This document shows positions 28,730 through 37,087 of a DNA stretch of 52,013 nucleotides, one piece after another (positions within the stretch are counted from its first letter, which is position 1; each line of letters starts with the position of its first letter). The position numbers and the translations under genes were made by a program. Below the pieces are notes generated by a model, which saw nothing but the letters and a program-made list of their open reading frames with translations, made no database searches and was not told the DNA's origin. This stretch comes from Minisyncoccota bacterium (GTDB lineage: Bacteria; Patescibacteriota; Minisyncoccia; Phycocordibacterales; UBA9973), in assembly GCA_041666225.1 (NCBI GenBank), contig JBAYHJ010000006.1:1-52013 (forward strand). Direction: 5' to 3'.

Positions 28730-29161
28730 ATGAGTATGGAAAGTCCAATTGAAAAAAAAGAACAACTAAAAAAATATTATTTTTTTCTGGGTGGAGAAGA
28801 TTTAGAAATGCACGCAATAAAAAATTTGTTAAACAGTCATAAAATACCTTACTTGCAAACTTCAACAGGCTGGGGAGCAAAAGCTAACGAATTTGAAAAT
28901 GAAATAAAAACTAAAACAGCAGAAGGATATACCCCCGTCAAAATTGAACTGACAGGTGGCATAGACGGAGTTGAGGATTTAATTGATGTCGATCATCATA
29001 ATGAACAATCTGCCACTGCACCTGCTTCAATATTACAAGTGTGTGAATTATTAGGAATACAACCAGATCGAAATATTCAATTAGTGGCAATAAATGATGT
29101 TGGATTTTCTCACGGATTATTAAAATTTGGTGCTACTATAGAAGAAATTCAAAAAATTTAG
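28730..29161 (+). CDS. Hypothetical protein, N-terminal segment plus repeat module 1 of the bracketed gene (weak DHH-like motif)
   Basis: 143-aa ORF with YYFFLGGEDLEMHAI and LIDVDHHNE. It ends at TAG immediately after an A6 run (29151-29156). Confidence 0.6.
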   Translation: MSMESPIEKKEQLKKYYFFLGGEDLEMHAIKNLLNSHKIPYLQTSTGWGAKANEFENEIKTKTAEGYTPVKIELTGGIDGVEDLIDVDHHNEQSATAPASILQVCELLGIQPDRNIQLVAINDVGFSHGLLKFGATIEEIQKI

Positions 29162-29490
29162 CGTGGGGAGCTAAAGTCATTGATTATGATAAAGAAATTA
29201 TAAAATGTGTTGCTAATGGATATATCCCAGTACTTGTTGAACTTGAAGGGGCTAAAGATATTTTAAATTCAATAAATATTGATCATCATGGTGATTTTTC
29301 GGGGAATGATCCAGCTATTATACAATCAATTTTCGGTATTATTTACCGTAAAGAAGTTTTACTTGGTATTAATGATGCTGAATATATTGGTGGTCTCATA
29401 GAAAAAGGTGCAACAGAGGAAGAAATTGAAGCACTTCGAGAAATTGATCGTATCTCTCAAGGTATTACTCAGGAGGAAGAAAAAGAAGGT

Positions 29491-29838
29491 ATGGAAGCGA
29501 TAAAACATATGGAGCGTTTTGAAGATTTAGATGACTTAATTATTTTAAGAATGAATCATAGTAAAATTGCAACTGTCACAGATCGTCTATTTAGTGATCA
29601 ATATTCTAAAAAGGGACAAAACATTTTAGTAATTTCAAAAGACAAAGAAGAGATAAACTATAGCGCTATTAATAAAATAAATCTTATTAATGAATTAGAA
29701 AAAAATTTTAGTGGTTGGGTTGGTGGTAAAGAACCAAATAAATATTGGGGTGTAAATAGAGAAAAAAATCCCAATATGCCTAGACAAGAAGAAATTATTG
29801 AATTTGTGAAAAATTATTTTATTAAGAATAAAGAATAG
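29491..29838 (+). CDS. C-terminal segment of the bracketed gene; the frame is actually open from 29098 and contains repeat module 2
   Basis: The -1 frame relative to 28730..29161 reads AWGAKVIDYDKEI...INIDHHGD... from 29161 and runs into this 115-aa track ORF. The stop TAG at 29836-29838 lies inside the right inverted repeat. Confidence 0.5.
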   Translation: MEAIKHMERFEDLDDLIILRMNHSKIATVTDRLFSDQYSKKGQNILVISKDKEEINYSAINKINLINELEKNFSGWVGGKEPNKYWGVNREKNPNMPRQEEIIEFVKNYFIKNKE

Positions 29839-30080
29839 TGTCAGCCCCCGCCCCGCATTCCTCCCGCGGATCTTCCTGCCCGCGGAAACCCAACCCAAAA
29901 TCTTGGCGAATTTCAGAAAAGGATTAGTCGAGGTTTTGCGAATCATTCTCCCAGAATATATTTTCGCAAAACCGAGTCCGCATTGTATTCGCACATTCTG
30001 TCCTTTTCCTTTGGAAAAGCTCTGTGCTACTGCACAGAGGTGCTTTAGCACAGCGGGGAACGCTATGATACTTTATTTTG
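29834..30080. repeat. Right GC-rich structured arm; its first 34 nt are the perfect inverted repeat of 28663-28696
   Basis: Hairpins are CCGCGG...CCGCGG (29864-29885), GGTTTTGCGAA...TTCGCAAAACC (29932-29973), CTCTGTGC-tact-GCACAGAG (30020-30039), GTGC-ttta-GCAC (30040-30051) and AGCG-gggaa-CGCT (30052-30064), followed by a T-run. Confidence 0.6.
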
Positions 30081-30123
30081 AAAATAGGTTCTGATTTGGT
30101 AGAATAAATGCACAATCAAATTA

Positions 30124-30441
30124 TTAAATACTTGGATCTTTATATAAATACAAACCCTCCTTTGCTTCTTTTTCTTTAATTGCTTTAATATCAAAAGATT
30201 TAGTAACCTTATCTAATATTTTTTCATTAATAAAAACCTGTGATTCTACTGATATAGGTGTAATTTGAAATATTTGTTGATTTTTTATTTTATATAAAAG
30301 ATAAAAACTAAAAAGTACCAATAGTGCAAGAATAATAGAAAAAATATATAACAAATTGTTCCAATATATATGTGGATTTATCTTTTTAAAAGGAGCAAAA
30401 TTTTTTATATTATTTTTAATTTTGAATAGAAATTCTTTCAT
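30124..30441 (-). CDS. Small single-TM protein, last gene of the pilus assembly cluster
   Basis: 105 aa with one TM helix (LLYIFSIILALLVLFSFYLLY). No recognisable motif. Confidence 0.4.
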   Translation of the reverse strand: MKEFLFKIKNNIKNFAPFKKINPHIYWNNLLYIFSIILALLVLFSFYLLYKIKNQQIFQITPISVESQVFINEKILDKVTKSFDIKAIKEKEAKEGLYLYKDPSI

Positions 30442-30445
30442 AAAA

Positions 30446-31027
30446 TTAATTTAAACTTAAAATATTAAAAGATACATCTGCTTGCCATTTTGATACTTCT
30501 AAAACTTTTGGTTGTTTGACTTCTTTGTTTCCTGTAACTTCTATAACATCTCCGCCTCTTATTTGTTTTATATCTTTATTTAAATAAACTTGTGTAATAT
30601 TGACTTGATATGGAATATTCTCTACAAAAGAAACTGTCCTCATAACCTCTTGAAATGTTCCCGTTATCGATATTTTAATTGCTATGATATTTTTAGTTTT
30701 TGGGGGCATTTCAATACCCTGAACTATCACCTTGGATCCGAGGTTAGAACCAATTTCTTCTAAATAATCAACAAATGTATCAATTTTATTGGGATCTACA
30801 AAAAGACTGTTCACAGAATCTTGTAGTGATTTTATTTCTGTTACTTTTTCAGCAAATTTTGCTGCATTTTCTTTCTCCCCGATTTTTTTCTGTAAGGTTG
30901 TAAGAACAACAGAAATATGTTGGTCTTTATTTTTTATAATTTTTAAGAAAAAAACAAATAGAAAAACTGTTAGTATTGTAACAAAAATTGAAAATATGAG
31001 TTTAAAAATTGTGTGAGTTTTTTTCAT
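30446..31027 (-). CDS. PilO-like type IV pilus assembly protein
   Basis: 193 aa with an N-terminal TM helix, a coiled segment and an alpha/beta domain, directly downstream of the pilM/N fusion. Assignment rests on context and architecture only. Confidence 0.4.
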   Translation of the reverse strand: MKKTHTIFKLIFSIFVTILTVFLFVFFLKIIKNKDQHISVVLTTLQKKIGEKENAAKFAEKVTEIKSLQDSVNSLFVDPNKIDTFVDYLEEIGSNLGSKVIVQGIEMPPKTKNIIAIKISITGTFQEVMRTVSFVENIPYQVNITQVYLNKDIKQIRGGDVIEVTGNKEVKQPKVLEVSKWQADVSFNILSLN

Positions 31028-31032
31028 TTTAA

Positions 31033-32682
31033 TTATTTCATTTTTATTGATATCGTAAAAATAAGATCTGATTTTTCGAGAAAATTAGAGATCGGAAGAT
31101 TTACTTCAGAAAAATTTGGATTATTATCAAGAGCTGTTTTAAAATTTCTTAATGAATCTCGATTAGAAGCAACCCCATGAATTTCTACAACAGAGATATC
31201 TCCTTTTTTGGTCGGGTCTGTTGTTTTTATCACATCCTTATTAAAAAGTATTTGTGAAAAAGTTATACCTGCGGTCTTGGTAGATAAAATACTATTGAGA
31301 ACTCTGTCACTGACTTGGTAAGGCTCTTTTGCTTTATCTAAAATATCTAATTTTGAATTAATATCTCCTATTATTTTATCTATATTACTACTTGTAAGAT
31401 CTGGATTTTCCCTATTAAAGACTTCCAATTTATTTTCAACCAACTTTTCCTTGGATTGAGAAAAGAAAAACGATGGAAAAAATAAAAGAGCTGCAACCAT
31501 ACAAGACAATGCAATAAGATTAAACAATATTGTGAAAAACCTCATCCAATACTCTCTATGAAGAATCTTCTTTTTTTCGTATGGCAAAACATTTATAACT
31601 GGCTGAGATTTATATACATACCCACCAAGAGATAACCCCAATACAGTAGCGTAGCTGAGTGATTCTTCAAAAGACATTTCTGGAACTGAATCTTCGGTAT
31701 TTAAAATATTAACCCAAACATTGGCATTTTCTACTTTTATATTCATACTCAATTCTAAATAGTCAGACAACCCAGCAAGATTGGCATCTCCTCCACAAAG
31801 TATTATATGATTTATTTGTTCATGTTTTGCATTGTTGTTATTGTGTGTTTCCCAATAAGTATATTGTTTATTTAATTCATCTCGCAAAACAGAAATTCCA
31901 TTTAAAATAGCAGGGAAAATATTTTGAGCTTTTGAAACTTGTGTTAAACCATATTCATGTTTCATTTTTTCTGCTTCTTCAAAAGATAAAGAAAAATTCT
32001 TGGCAATCATATTTGTCAGATCAATCCCTCCAATAGACAGCGTCGTCGTCAAGAAAATACGACCATTTTTAGAAATAGAAACTCCAGTTCTAGAATCACC
32101 AAAATCAACTATCATGATAGGACTCGGGTCATTGCTTGGTATCACTGCCCTAGCAAGAGCTTGTGCTTCTATTTCAAAAGAAATTGGAACAAGGTCAGCC
32201 TTACTAAAGACAGATAAATATCCCTCAATAGTTGTAACTGCAATTGCCACAACTTCAATTAAAATATTTTGACCATCATCTGAGACAACATCATAATCAA
32301 AAATAGAATCGAGAGCCTTAAGAGGTATGTACTCTTCAATTTGCAGAAGAATAACATCTCTGATTTTTTCATTGGTAGTTTTTGGTATAGATAAAGTAAA
32401 TAAATACATCTGTTCCTCAGGCAGTGAAACTCGAATGAACTTAATATTTTCTTTATCTCTAATTTTCTTTAAAATAATCAGCAACTCATCTTCTTTTTCA
32501 ATCTTACCAGAAACAACAACTCCTTCTGGAATTTTTTCTTTACCATATTTGGAAAGTCGAAGACCGGAAGATGTAGCTACTAGCTCACCATATTTTATTG
32601 ATTGATCAGAAATATCAATCGCACAAGAACTCATGGCCAAATATTTTGGTGTAGGAAAATAATGATTATATAATCTTTTCAT
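31033..32682 (-). CDS. pilM: Type IV pilus assembly protein PilM (actin-like ATPase fold) fused to a PilN-like TM/periplasmic segment
   Basis: 549 aa. The N-terminal roughly 350 aa are PilM/FtsA-like (AIDISDQSIKYGEL..., IVDFGDSRTGVS, ILCGGDANLAGL), followed by a TM segment and a PilN-like tail. Confidence 0.65.
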   Translation of the reverse strand: MKRLYNHYFPTPKYLAMSSCAIDISDQSIKYGELVATSSGLRLSKYGKEKIPEGVVVSGKIEKEDELLIILKKIRDKENIKFIRVSLPEEQMYLFTLSIPKTTNEKIRDVILLQIEEYIPLKALDSIFDYDVVSDDGQNILIEVVAIAVTTIEGYLSVFSKADLVPISFEIEAQALARAVIPSNDPSPIMIVDFGDSRTGVSISKNGRIFLTTTLSIGGIDLTNMIAKNFSLSFEEAEKMKHEYGLTQVSKAQNIFPAILNGISVLRDELNKQYTYWETHNNNNAKHEQINHIILCGGDANLAGLSDYLELSMNIKVENANVWVNILNTEDSVPEMSFEESLSYATVLGLSLGGYVYKSQPVINVLPYEKKKILHREYWMRFFTILFNLIALSCMVAALLFFPSFFFSQSKEKLVENKLEVFNRENPDLTSSNIDKIIGDINSKLDILDKAKEPYQVSDRVLNSILSTKTAGITFSQILFNKDVIKTTDPTKKGDISVVEIHGVASNRDSLRNFKTALDNNPNFSEVNLPISNFLEKSDLIFTISIKMK

Positions 32683-32724
32683 TACAATTTTATTATACGA
32701 TACTCTCTGATTATATAAAAGGGG

Positions 32725-33321
32725 TTAATTGTGTCTATTTAATCTAACTCGAATCGTTTTAATAATTATTGGAATAAAAGAAATAAAAATTATAAGTAGG
32801 GCAATAGGTATTATATAAGTATCTGGATTTATAACCATCCCACCAAAAACAAAACCAATTAAGGTAACAGAAAAAACCCATAAAATTCCACCGAAAATAT
32901 TATAAGAAAGAAAAGTTGGGTAATTCATTTTTCCAATACCAGCAACAATCGGAGCAAATGTCCGAACAATAGGAACAAAACGTGCGATTATAATCGTATA
33001 TTTTCCATACTTCTCATAAAATTTTTCAGCATCATATATTCTTTTTTTCTTGAAGAAAAAACCTGCATCACGTTCAAAAAGTTTCCTCCCATATTTTTTG
33101 CCTGACCAATATCCAACACTGTCCCCCAGCACCGCAGCGATCATACAAAAAACCAACAAAATATAAATATTAAAAATTCCTTGCGAGGCTAAAATCCCTG
33201 CCGTAAATAAAAGTGAATCTCCCGGGAAAAAGAAACCAAAAAATAATCCTGTCTCAGCAAAGACAATAAAAATAATTCCCATCAAACCAACGGTCTCAAT
33301 AATTGTAGTTACATCAAGCAT
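32725..33321 (-). CDS. DedA-family (VTT domain) membrane protein
   Basis: 198 aa with FFPGDSLLFTAG and LGDSVGYWSGKKYGRKLF motifs. Confidence 0.85.
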   Translation of the reverse strand: MLDVTTIIETVGLMGIIFIVFAETGLFFGFFFPGDSLLFTAGILASQGIFNIYILLVFCMIAAVLGDSVGYWSGKKYGRKLFERDAGFFFKKKRIYDAEKFYEKYGKYTIIIARFVPIVRTFAPIVAGIGKMNYPTFLSYNIFGGILWVFSVTLIGFVFGGMVINPDTYIIPIALLIIFISFIPIIIKTIRVRLNRHN

Positions 33322-33393
33322 ATTTATAATTAAGAATTAATAATTACGAATTAAGAATTTTAGAAGGTCTTTCCTCAAGTGGACCCGAAGCAA

Positions 33394-33750
33394 TTATCGA
33401 ACCTTACTTCCTGGACTTACTTCGACTTCAGGGATAAGTAAAACCGGCTTACCATCGATTCCATCCATAGCCATTAGCATACCAGTACTTTCAAATCCTT
33501 TAATTTTTCTTGGCTCTAAGTTTACGATATATAAAACTTGTTTATTGATTAATATATTCACATCTGGATAATATTCTTTTATTCCTGAAACGATTTGTCT
33601 CAAGACCTTATTCCCTTCTTCATCAACTTCATTAAAATCAACCATGCACTTTAAAAGCTTATCGGTCTCAGGCACAGCTTCCACTTCCCTAATTGTCCCG
33701 ATCCTCATATCCATTTTTTTAAATTCTTCGTATGATACAAATTCTTGCAT
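33394..33750 (-). CDS. tRNA-binding domain protein (CsaA/Trbp111-like OB fold)
   Basis: 118 aa. FKKMDMRIGTIREVEAVPETDKLLKCMVDF is typical of the EMAP/CsaA tRNA-binding domain. Confidence 0.8.
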   Translation of the reverse strand: MQEFVSYEEFKKMDMRIGTIREVEAVPETDKLLKCMVDFNEVDEEGNKVLRQIVSGIKEYYPDVNILINKQVLYIVNLEPRKIKGFESTGMLMAMDGIDGKPVLLIPEVEVSPGSKVR

Positions 33751-33784
33751 ATTTTTAGTATATCATATCAATACTAGTTTCCAT

Positions 33785-35485
33785 TTAAAATACTTCTTGT
33801 TGGTAACATTTTTCACAATATAATATTGGAGCATATGTTTCCGTGTAAGCTGTATCGACTTCGGTATTACATTTTGTGCAATTTCTCTTAATCAATTTAA
33901 GTGGTGGACGTTTTAAGGATCTACGTCTATGTCTCACATCGAAACATACTCTGGGAATTGGCAAATCCATTCTGCGATAAAAATTCAACTCATCTTCTAT
34001 TATCCTATAAGCGCCAGTAGAATAAAGCTGGTCTTTTTCAGCACAAGAAATTATTTCATTTAAAATAGAATCGTCAACCTCTGAAATAGTTTCAGGGAGT
34101 AAACTACTATCAATAGTAGTATCATAATTTTTCTTCTCTTTTTCTTTCCATTTATATCCTTGTGCTCCTGCTTCGTCCTTAGTTAATGGGTAATATTCTT
34201 GTGCAGCTGTTTCATTATAAGCAAAAGGAGAAAGATCTGTTGGGAAAAACTCACCATATTTATAAATATTGTTCTTTTTATCAATGTATGGAATATCATT
34301 CATATGTTTTTTAATTTTTTCTACCATTTCAAAATATTCCTCTTTAGAATATTGTTTGTTTAAAATACAATATTCTCCCTTTTTCAAACCTATACAACCA
34401 AAACAATTACTTGCTCCCGGGCAAGAATCACAATACTCTAAATCATGTGCTCCCATCCAACACTGAGAGCTAAAATTAATTCTGGAACAATTTATTCCAC
34501 AATTAGCTGTATCATAAATGAGTTCTGAGGAACCACCCCACTGAAAATAATCTAAACAGTCTTGAATATCAAAAGCAAAATAAATATACCGACAATCTTT
34601 TGCGTTTGTAGATGAAAATGAGTTTTTTACATTTTTACAATTCAAAAACCAGTTTCCAGATACTTTTTCTGATTTTAAAGACATGATAGATCTTTGGGGA
34701 AATTCTTTTCTAAAAAGATCAAACCTTTTATCCATTTCCCCTAACCCGAAAACTGAATTTAATTTTAATTCTTTTTTTGTCTTTTCATAATCTTCTTTTG
34801 AAAGCTGTTGATTAAAAATGCAATATTGTTTATTTACTAAATTCACACAACCGATACAACTAGAACAATTACGACAAGAATATAAAAACATCGAGTCTCT
34901 GCATTCATTTGATTCCTGAGAAAATAATGTTTTATAACATTTATTACAATCTATACACTCATAACATAATTCACAAAAATTTATAGAAAAATTATCTACA
35001 CAATTTAAGATATCATTAGCGGTGTATATATACATTGAATCAATGCTTTTGTTACCTCTAAAAACCATAAAAGAATTTTTCATGTCATTAACCCTATGAG
35101 TATATTCACTATTTATAGAATTACCTTGTCTGACGAGAGACATTCGTGGAACTTTGTTAAATAACACTTGGAATTGGTTAAAAAATGATTTAGAAAAATC
35201 ATAGTCCACTCCATATTGATTAGTGTCCCACTTATCACTATACCATTCAGTCACCTCATAGACCGGGAATATAGTTTCATCTGGATACATACTAAAAATT
35301 TGTTTATCAGTAAGATCACATTTTCTTTTATAAAGTACTCTTTCATTCGCACCGATCATTCTTCTAATTGATCTACATTCTGGACAAAAAGTCGGTGGTG
35401 GAACCTTTATTTTTTCATAAAAAGAAAAATCATCCGGCTCAATATTAAAATCTTTCTTACAATTCTGACAGTTTTTTGTTTCCAT
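33785..35485 (-). CDS. Cys-rich zinc-ribbon/repeat protein family, paralog 5
   Basis: 566 aa. METKNCQNCKKDFNIEPDDFSFYEKIKVPPPTFCPECR ... YCEKCYQQEVF. The start lies 6 nt after the stop of the HTH antitoxin gene. Confidence 0.85.
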   Translation of the reverse strand: METKNCQNCKKDFNIEPDDFSFYEKIKVPPPTFCPECRSIRRMIGANERVLYKRKCDLTDKQIFSMYPDETIFPVYEVTEWYSDKWDTNQYGVDYDFSKSFFNQFQVLFNKVPRMSLVRQGNSINSEYTHRVNDMKNSFMVFRGNKSIDSMYIYTANDILNCVDNFSINFCELCYECIDCNKCYKTLFSQESNECRDSMFLYSCRNCSSCIGCVNLVNKQYCIFNQQLSKEDYEKTKKELKLNSVFGLGEMDKRFDLFRKEFPQRSIMSLKSEKVSGNWFLNCKNVKNSFSSTNAKDCRYIYFAFDIQDCLDYFQWGGSSELIYDTANCGINCSRINFSSQCWMGAHDLEYCDSCPGASNCFGCIGLKKGEYCILNKQYSKEEYFEMVEKIKKHMNDIPYIDKKNNIYKYGEFFPTDLSPFAYNETAAQEYYPLTKDEAGAQGYKWKEKEKKNYDTTIDSSLLPETISEVDDSILNEIISCAEKDQLYSTGAYRIIEDELNFYRRMDLPIPRVCFDVRHRRRSLKRPPLKLIKRNCTKCNTEVDTAYTETYAPILYCEKCYQQEVF

Positions 35486-35491
35486 ATATTT

Positions 35492-35761
35492 TTAAATTTT
35501 AATCTCTAATTTACTATCTAATGCCTTAGAAATTTTCTTTAAAAAAGAAATAGTTGGATTGTAATCTCCTGACTCAAATCTGGCGATAGAAGGCTGTTTT
35601 GTTCCTATTTTTAAAGCCAAATCTTTTTGAGACATTCCCTTTTTTATTCTCTTATCAATAATTTGATCTATAATTGAAAACTCTAAATCCAAATCCTTAT
35701 AAGCTTTCATTACCTTCTTATTTTTTAGTGCTTGTTTTTTAATTGTTTTAAAATTAGTCAT
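35492..35761 (-). CDS. higA: XRE-family HTH antitoxin (HigA-like)
   Basis: 89 aa with KGMSQKDLALKIGTKQPSIARFESG helix-turn-helix, downstream of a Gp49/HigB-like toxin gene. Confidence 0.75.
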   Translation of the reverse strand: MTNFKTIKKQALKNKKVMKAYKDLDLEFSIIDQIIDKRIKKGMSQKDLALKIGTKQPSIARFESGDYNPTISFLKKISKALDSKLEIKI

Positions 35762-35789
35762 ATTTATATATTAACATATAACATATACG

Positions 35790-36098
35790 TTATGCAAGCA
35801 TTTTAAATCTTTTAACCACAAGGTCAATTTCCTTCTTTGGTATTTTATTTGTCTTTTTTATAAAAGCATTAAGTAAATATATTTTACCTTTATAAAAACA
35901 ATAGATGATTCTAACCTGTTTATTTCCCTTTATTCTTAATTCAAATAAACCTCCATGTAAACTTTTACTATATGGCATTTCAAGTTTATTCCCATATTTT
36001 TCTAAAAGTCCTATGTACCGTAAAACCCTTGCTTGTGTTTGTGCATCTAATTTAAAAATAAATTTATCAATCTCAATTGTTATTGTCTCAATCATCAT
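35790..36098 (-). CDS. higB: RelE/ParE-superfamily toxin (HigB / phage Gp49-like)
   Basis: 102 aa. GGLFELRIKGNKQVRIIYCFYKGKIYLLNAFIKKTNKIPKKEI matches the Gp49-like/HigB pattern. Toxin-first gene order. Confidence 0.7.
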   Translation of the reverse strand: MMIETITIEIDKFIFKLDAQTQARVLRYIGLLEKYGNKLEMPYSKSLHGGLFELRIKGNKQVRIIYCFYKGKIYLLNAFIKKTNKIPKKEIDLVVKRFKMLA

Positions 36099-36141
36099 TG
36101 TAATTTTTAATTACCCATTACTACTTGCTACATACTACCTT

Positions 36142-36597
36142 CTACTTTTGATTCTTTCTATCTAAATACCTCTGAAGTATTAATGCGGCGGCGGAGTCAT
36201 CTATCTTTTTACTTTCAGTCTTTTTATTCCAGCATTCTCGGCGGGTCGCCGAAGAGGCGACTTTTCTGGCATTATTTTCTTTTTTACCATCATTACCTCT
36301 CGCAAAAATTGATGTCATAAATTCTTTTTCAAAAGATATCGGTAATTCAAGCTCCCCTTCCAAGTTTCTCTTAAACTCTTCTATACTTCCCATTATTTTA
36401 TTAGGCTTGCCTGACAAATCATGAGATTCTCCTAAAACAATCGCCGAAACTTCCTCTTGCCCACAAATATTATGAATAGTGTCAACAAGTTCAAGATTAT
36501 TTCCTATTATTTTATAAGGAAAAGCAAATTCACCCTCTTCGTCAGATAAAGATAAACCAACCCTTTTACTTCCATAATCGATGCCTAAATATCGCAT
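36142..36597 (-). CDS. ruvX: Holliday-junction-resolvase-like pre-16S rRNA nuclease YqgF/RuvX
   Basis: MRYLGIDYGSKRVGLSLSD N-terminus and AAALILQRYLD C-terminal motif. Confidence 0.85.
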   Translation of the reverse strand: MRYLGIDYGSKRVGLSLSDEEGEFAFPYKIIGNNLELVDTIHNICGQEEVSAIVLGESHDLSGKPNKIMGSIEEFKRNLEGELELPISFEKEFMTSIFARGNDGKKENNARKVASSATRRECWNKKTESKKIDDSAAALILQRYLDRKNQK

Positions 36598-36651
36598 ATT
36601 TAAATATTACCATAATTGCTCCAAAAAGATATTATTGTTATACTTTAATAC

Positions 36652-36879
36652 ATGGAAACATTTATTAATGATAATTTGTGGCTTGTTATTATTTCTCTAA
36701 TCTGGGTTTTACCTTGGAAGGGTTATGCTCTTTGGACTGCATCACAAACCAAAAATAAGAGATGGTTTATAGCTCTCTTAGTTTTAAATACCTTTGCAAT
36801 TTTAGAGATTTTTTATCTCTTTTATGTTGTAAAGAAAAATCCAAAAGATTTAATCAAATTGATTAAATCCAAAATTTAA
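36652..36879 (+). CDS. Small two-TM protein (DUF5652-like)
   Basis: 75 aa with the pattern VLPWKGYALWTASQTKNKRWFIALLVLNTFAILEIFYLF. Confidence 0.5.
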   Translation: METFINDNLWLVIISLIWVLPWKGYALWTASQTKNKRWFIALLVLNTFAILEIFYLFYVVKKNPKDLIKLIKSKI

Positions 36880-36888
36880 TTTGATTAT

Positions 36889-36915
36889 AAAAATAGACCA
36901 CTGGGGTCTATTTTT
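36889..36915 (+). terminator. Intrinsic terminator
   Basis: AAAAATAGACC-actg-GGTCTATTTTT. Confidence 0.7.
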
Positions 36916-36967
36916 AATTAAGTAATAAAACTTGAAAAAAAAATGAAAATGGGGTAACGTAGTACTC

Positions 36968-37054
36968 GGAAGCGTGCCTGAGCGGTCTAAAGGAACAGTC
37001 TTGAAAACTGTCAGGGGTGAAAGCTCCTCGTGAGTTCGAATCTCACCGCTTCCG
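36968..37054 (+). tRNA. tRNA-Ser (TGA)
   Basis: Acceptor GGAAGCG/CGCTTCC, anticodon stem ACAGT/ACTGT with loop CTTGAAA, long variable arm, T arm GTGAG-TTCGAAT-CTCAC. Confidence 0.9.
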
Positions 37055-37061
37055 CTTGTTC

Positions 37062-37087
37062 AAAAATGACCCATTAGGGTCTTTTTT
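37062..37087 (+). terminator. Intrinsic terminator after tRNA-Ser
   Basis: AAAAATGACCC-atta-GGGTCTTTTTT. Confidence 0.7.

Noticed and set aside
28478-28765. Minus-strand ORFs of 95 and 68 aa (28478..28765, 28486..28692) overlapping tRNA-Arg and the left GC-rich arm
   Set aside because: They run antisense through a tRNA gene and through hairpin or inverted-repeat sequence. The translations are low-complexity Pro/Arg/Ala strings, as expected from stop-poor GC-rich DNA, and there are no start-site signals.
28516-30080. Interpreting the arms as the terminal inverted repeats of an IS or MITE, a group II intron, RNase P RNA or tmRNA
   Set aside because: There is no transposase, reverse transcriptase or maturase, and identity is highest at the inner ends of the arms rather than the outer ends. 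GTGCG occurs only 30 nt before the gene, leaving no room for domain I, and I see no domain V-like 34-nt hairpin. The RNase P CR-I/CR-V boxes (GAGGAAAGTCCGGGC, ACAGAACCCGGCTTA) and the tmRNA tRNA-like 3' end are absent. None of this was tested with covariance models.
29695-30115. ORFs 29695..30051 (-), 29903..30094 (+) and 29924..30115 (-) in the right GC-rich arm
   Set aside because: Three mutually overlapping frames lie in a hairpin-dense GC-rich segment. Their translations are nonsensical, and one runs antisense into the bracketed gene. They are best explained as artefacts of composition.
3688-35485. Diversity-generating retroelement (DGR) as the source of variation in the Cys-rich family
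   Set aside because: No reverse transcriptase ORF and no template-repeat/variable-repeat pair were seen. Divergence is spread over hundreds of codons rather than a short adenine-specific variable region.
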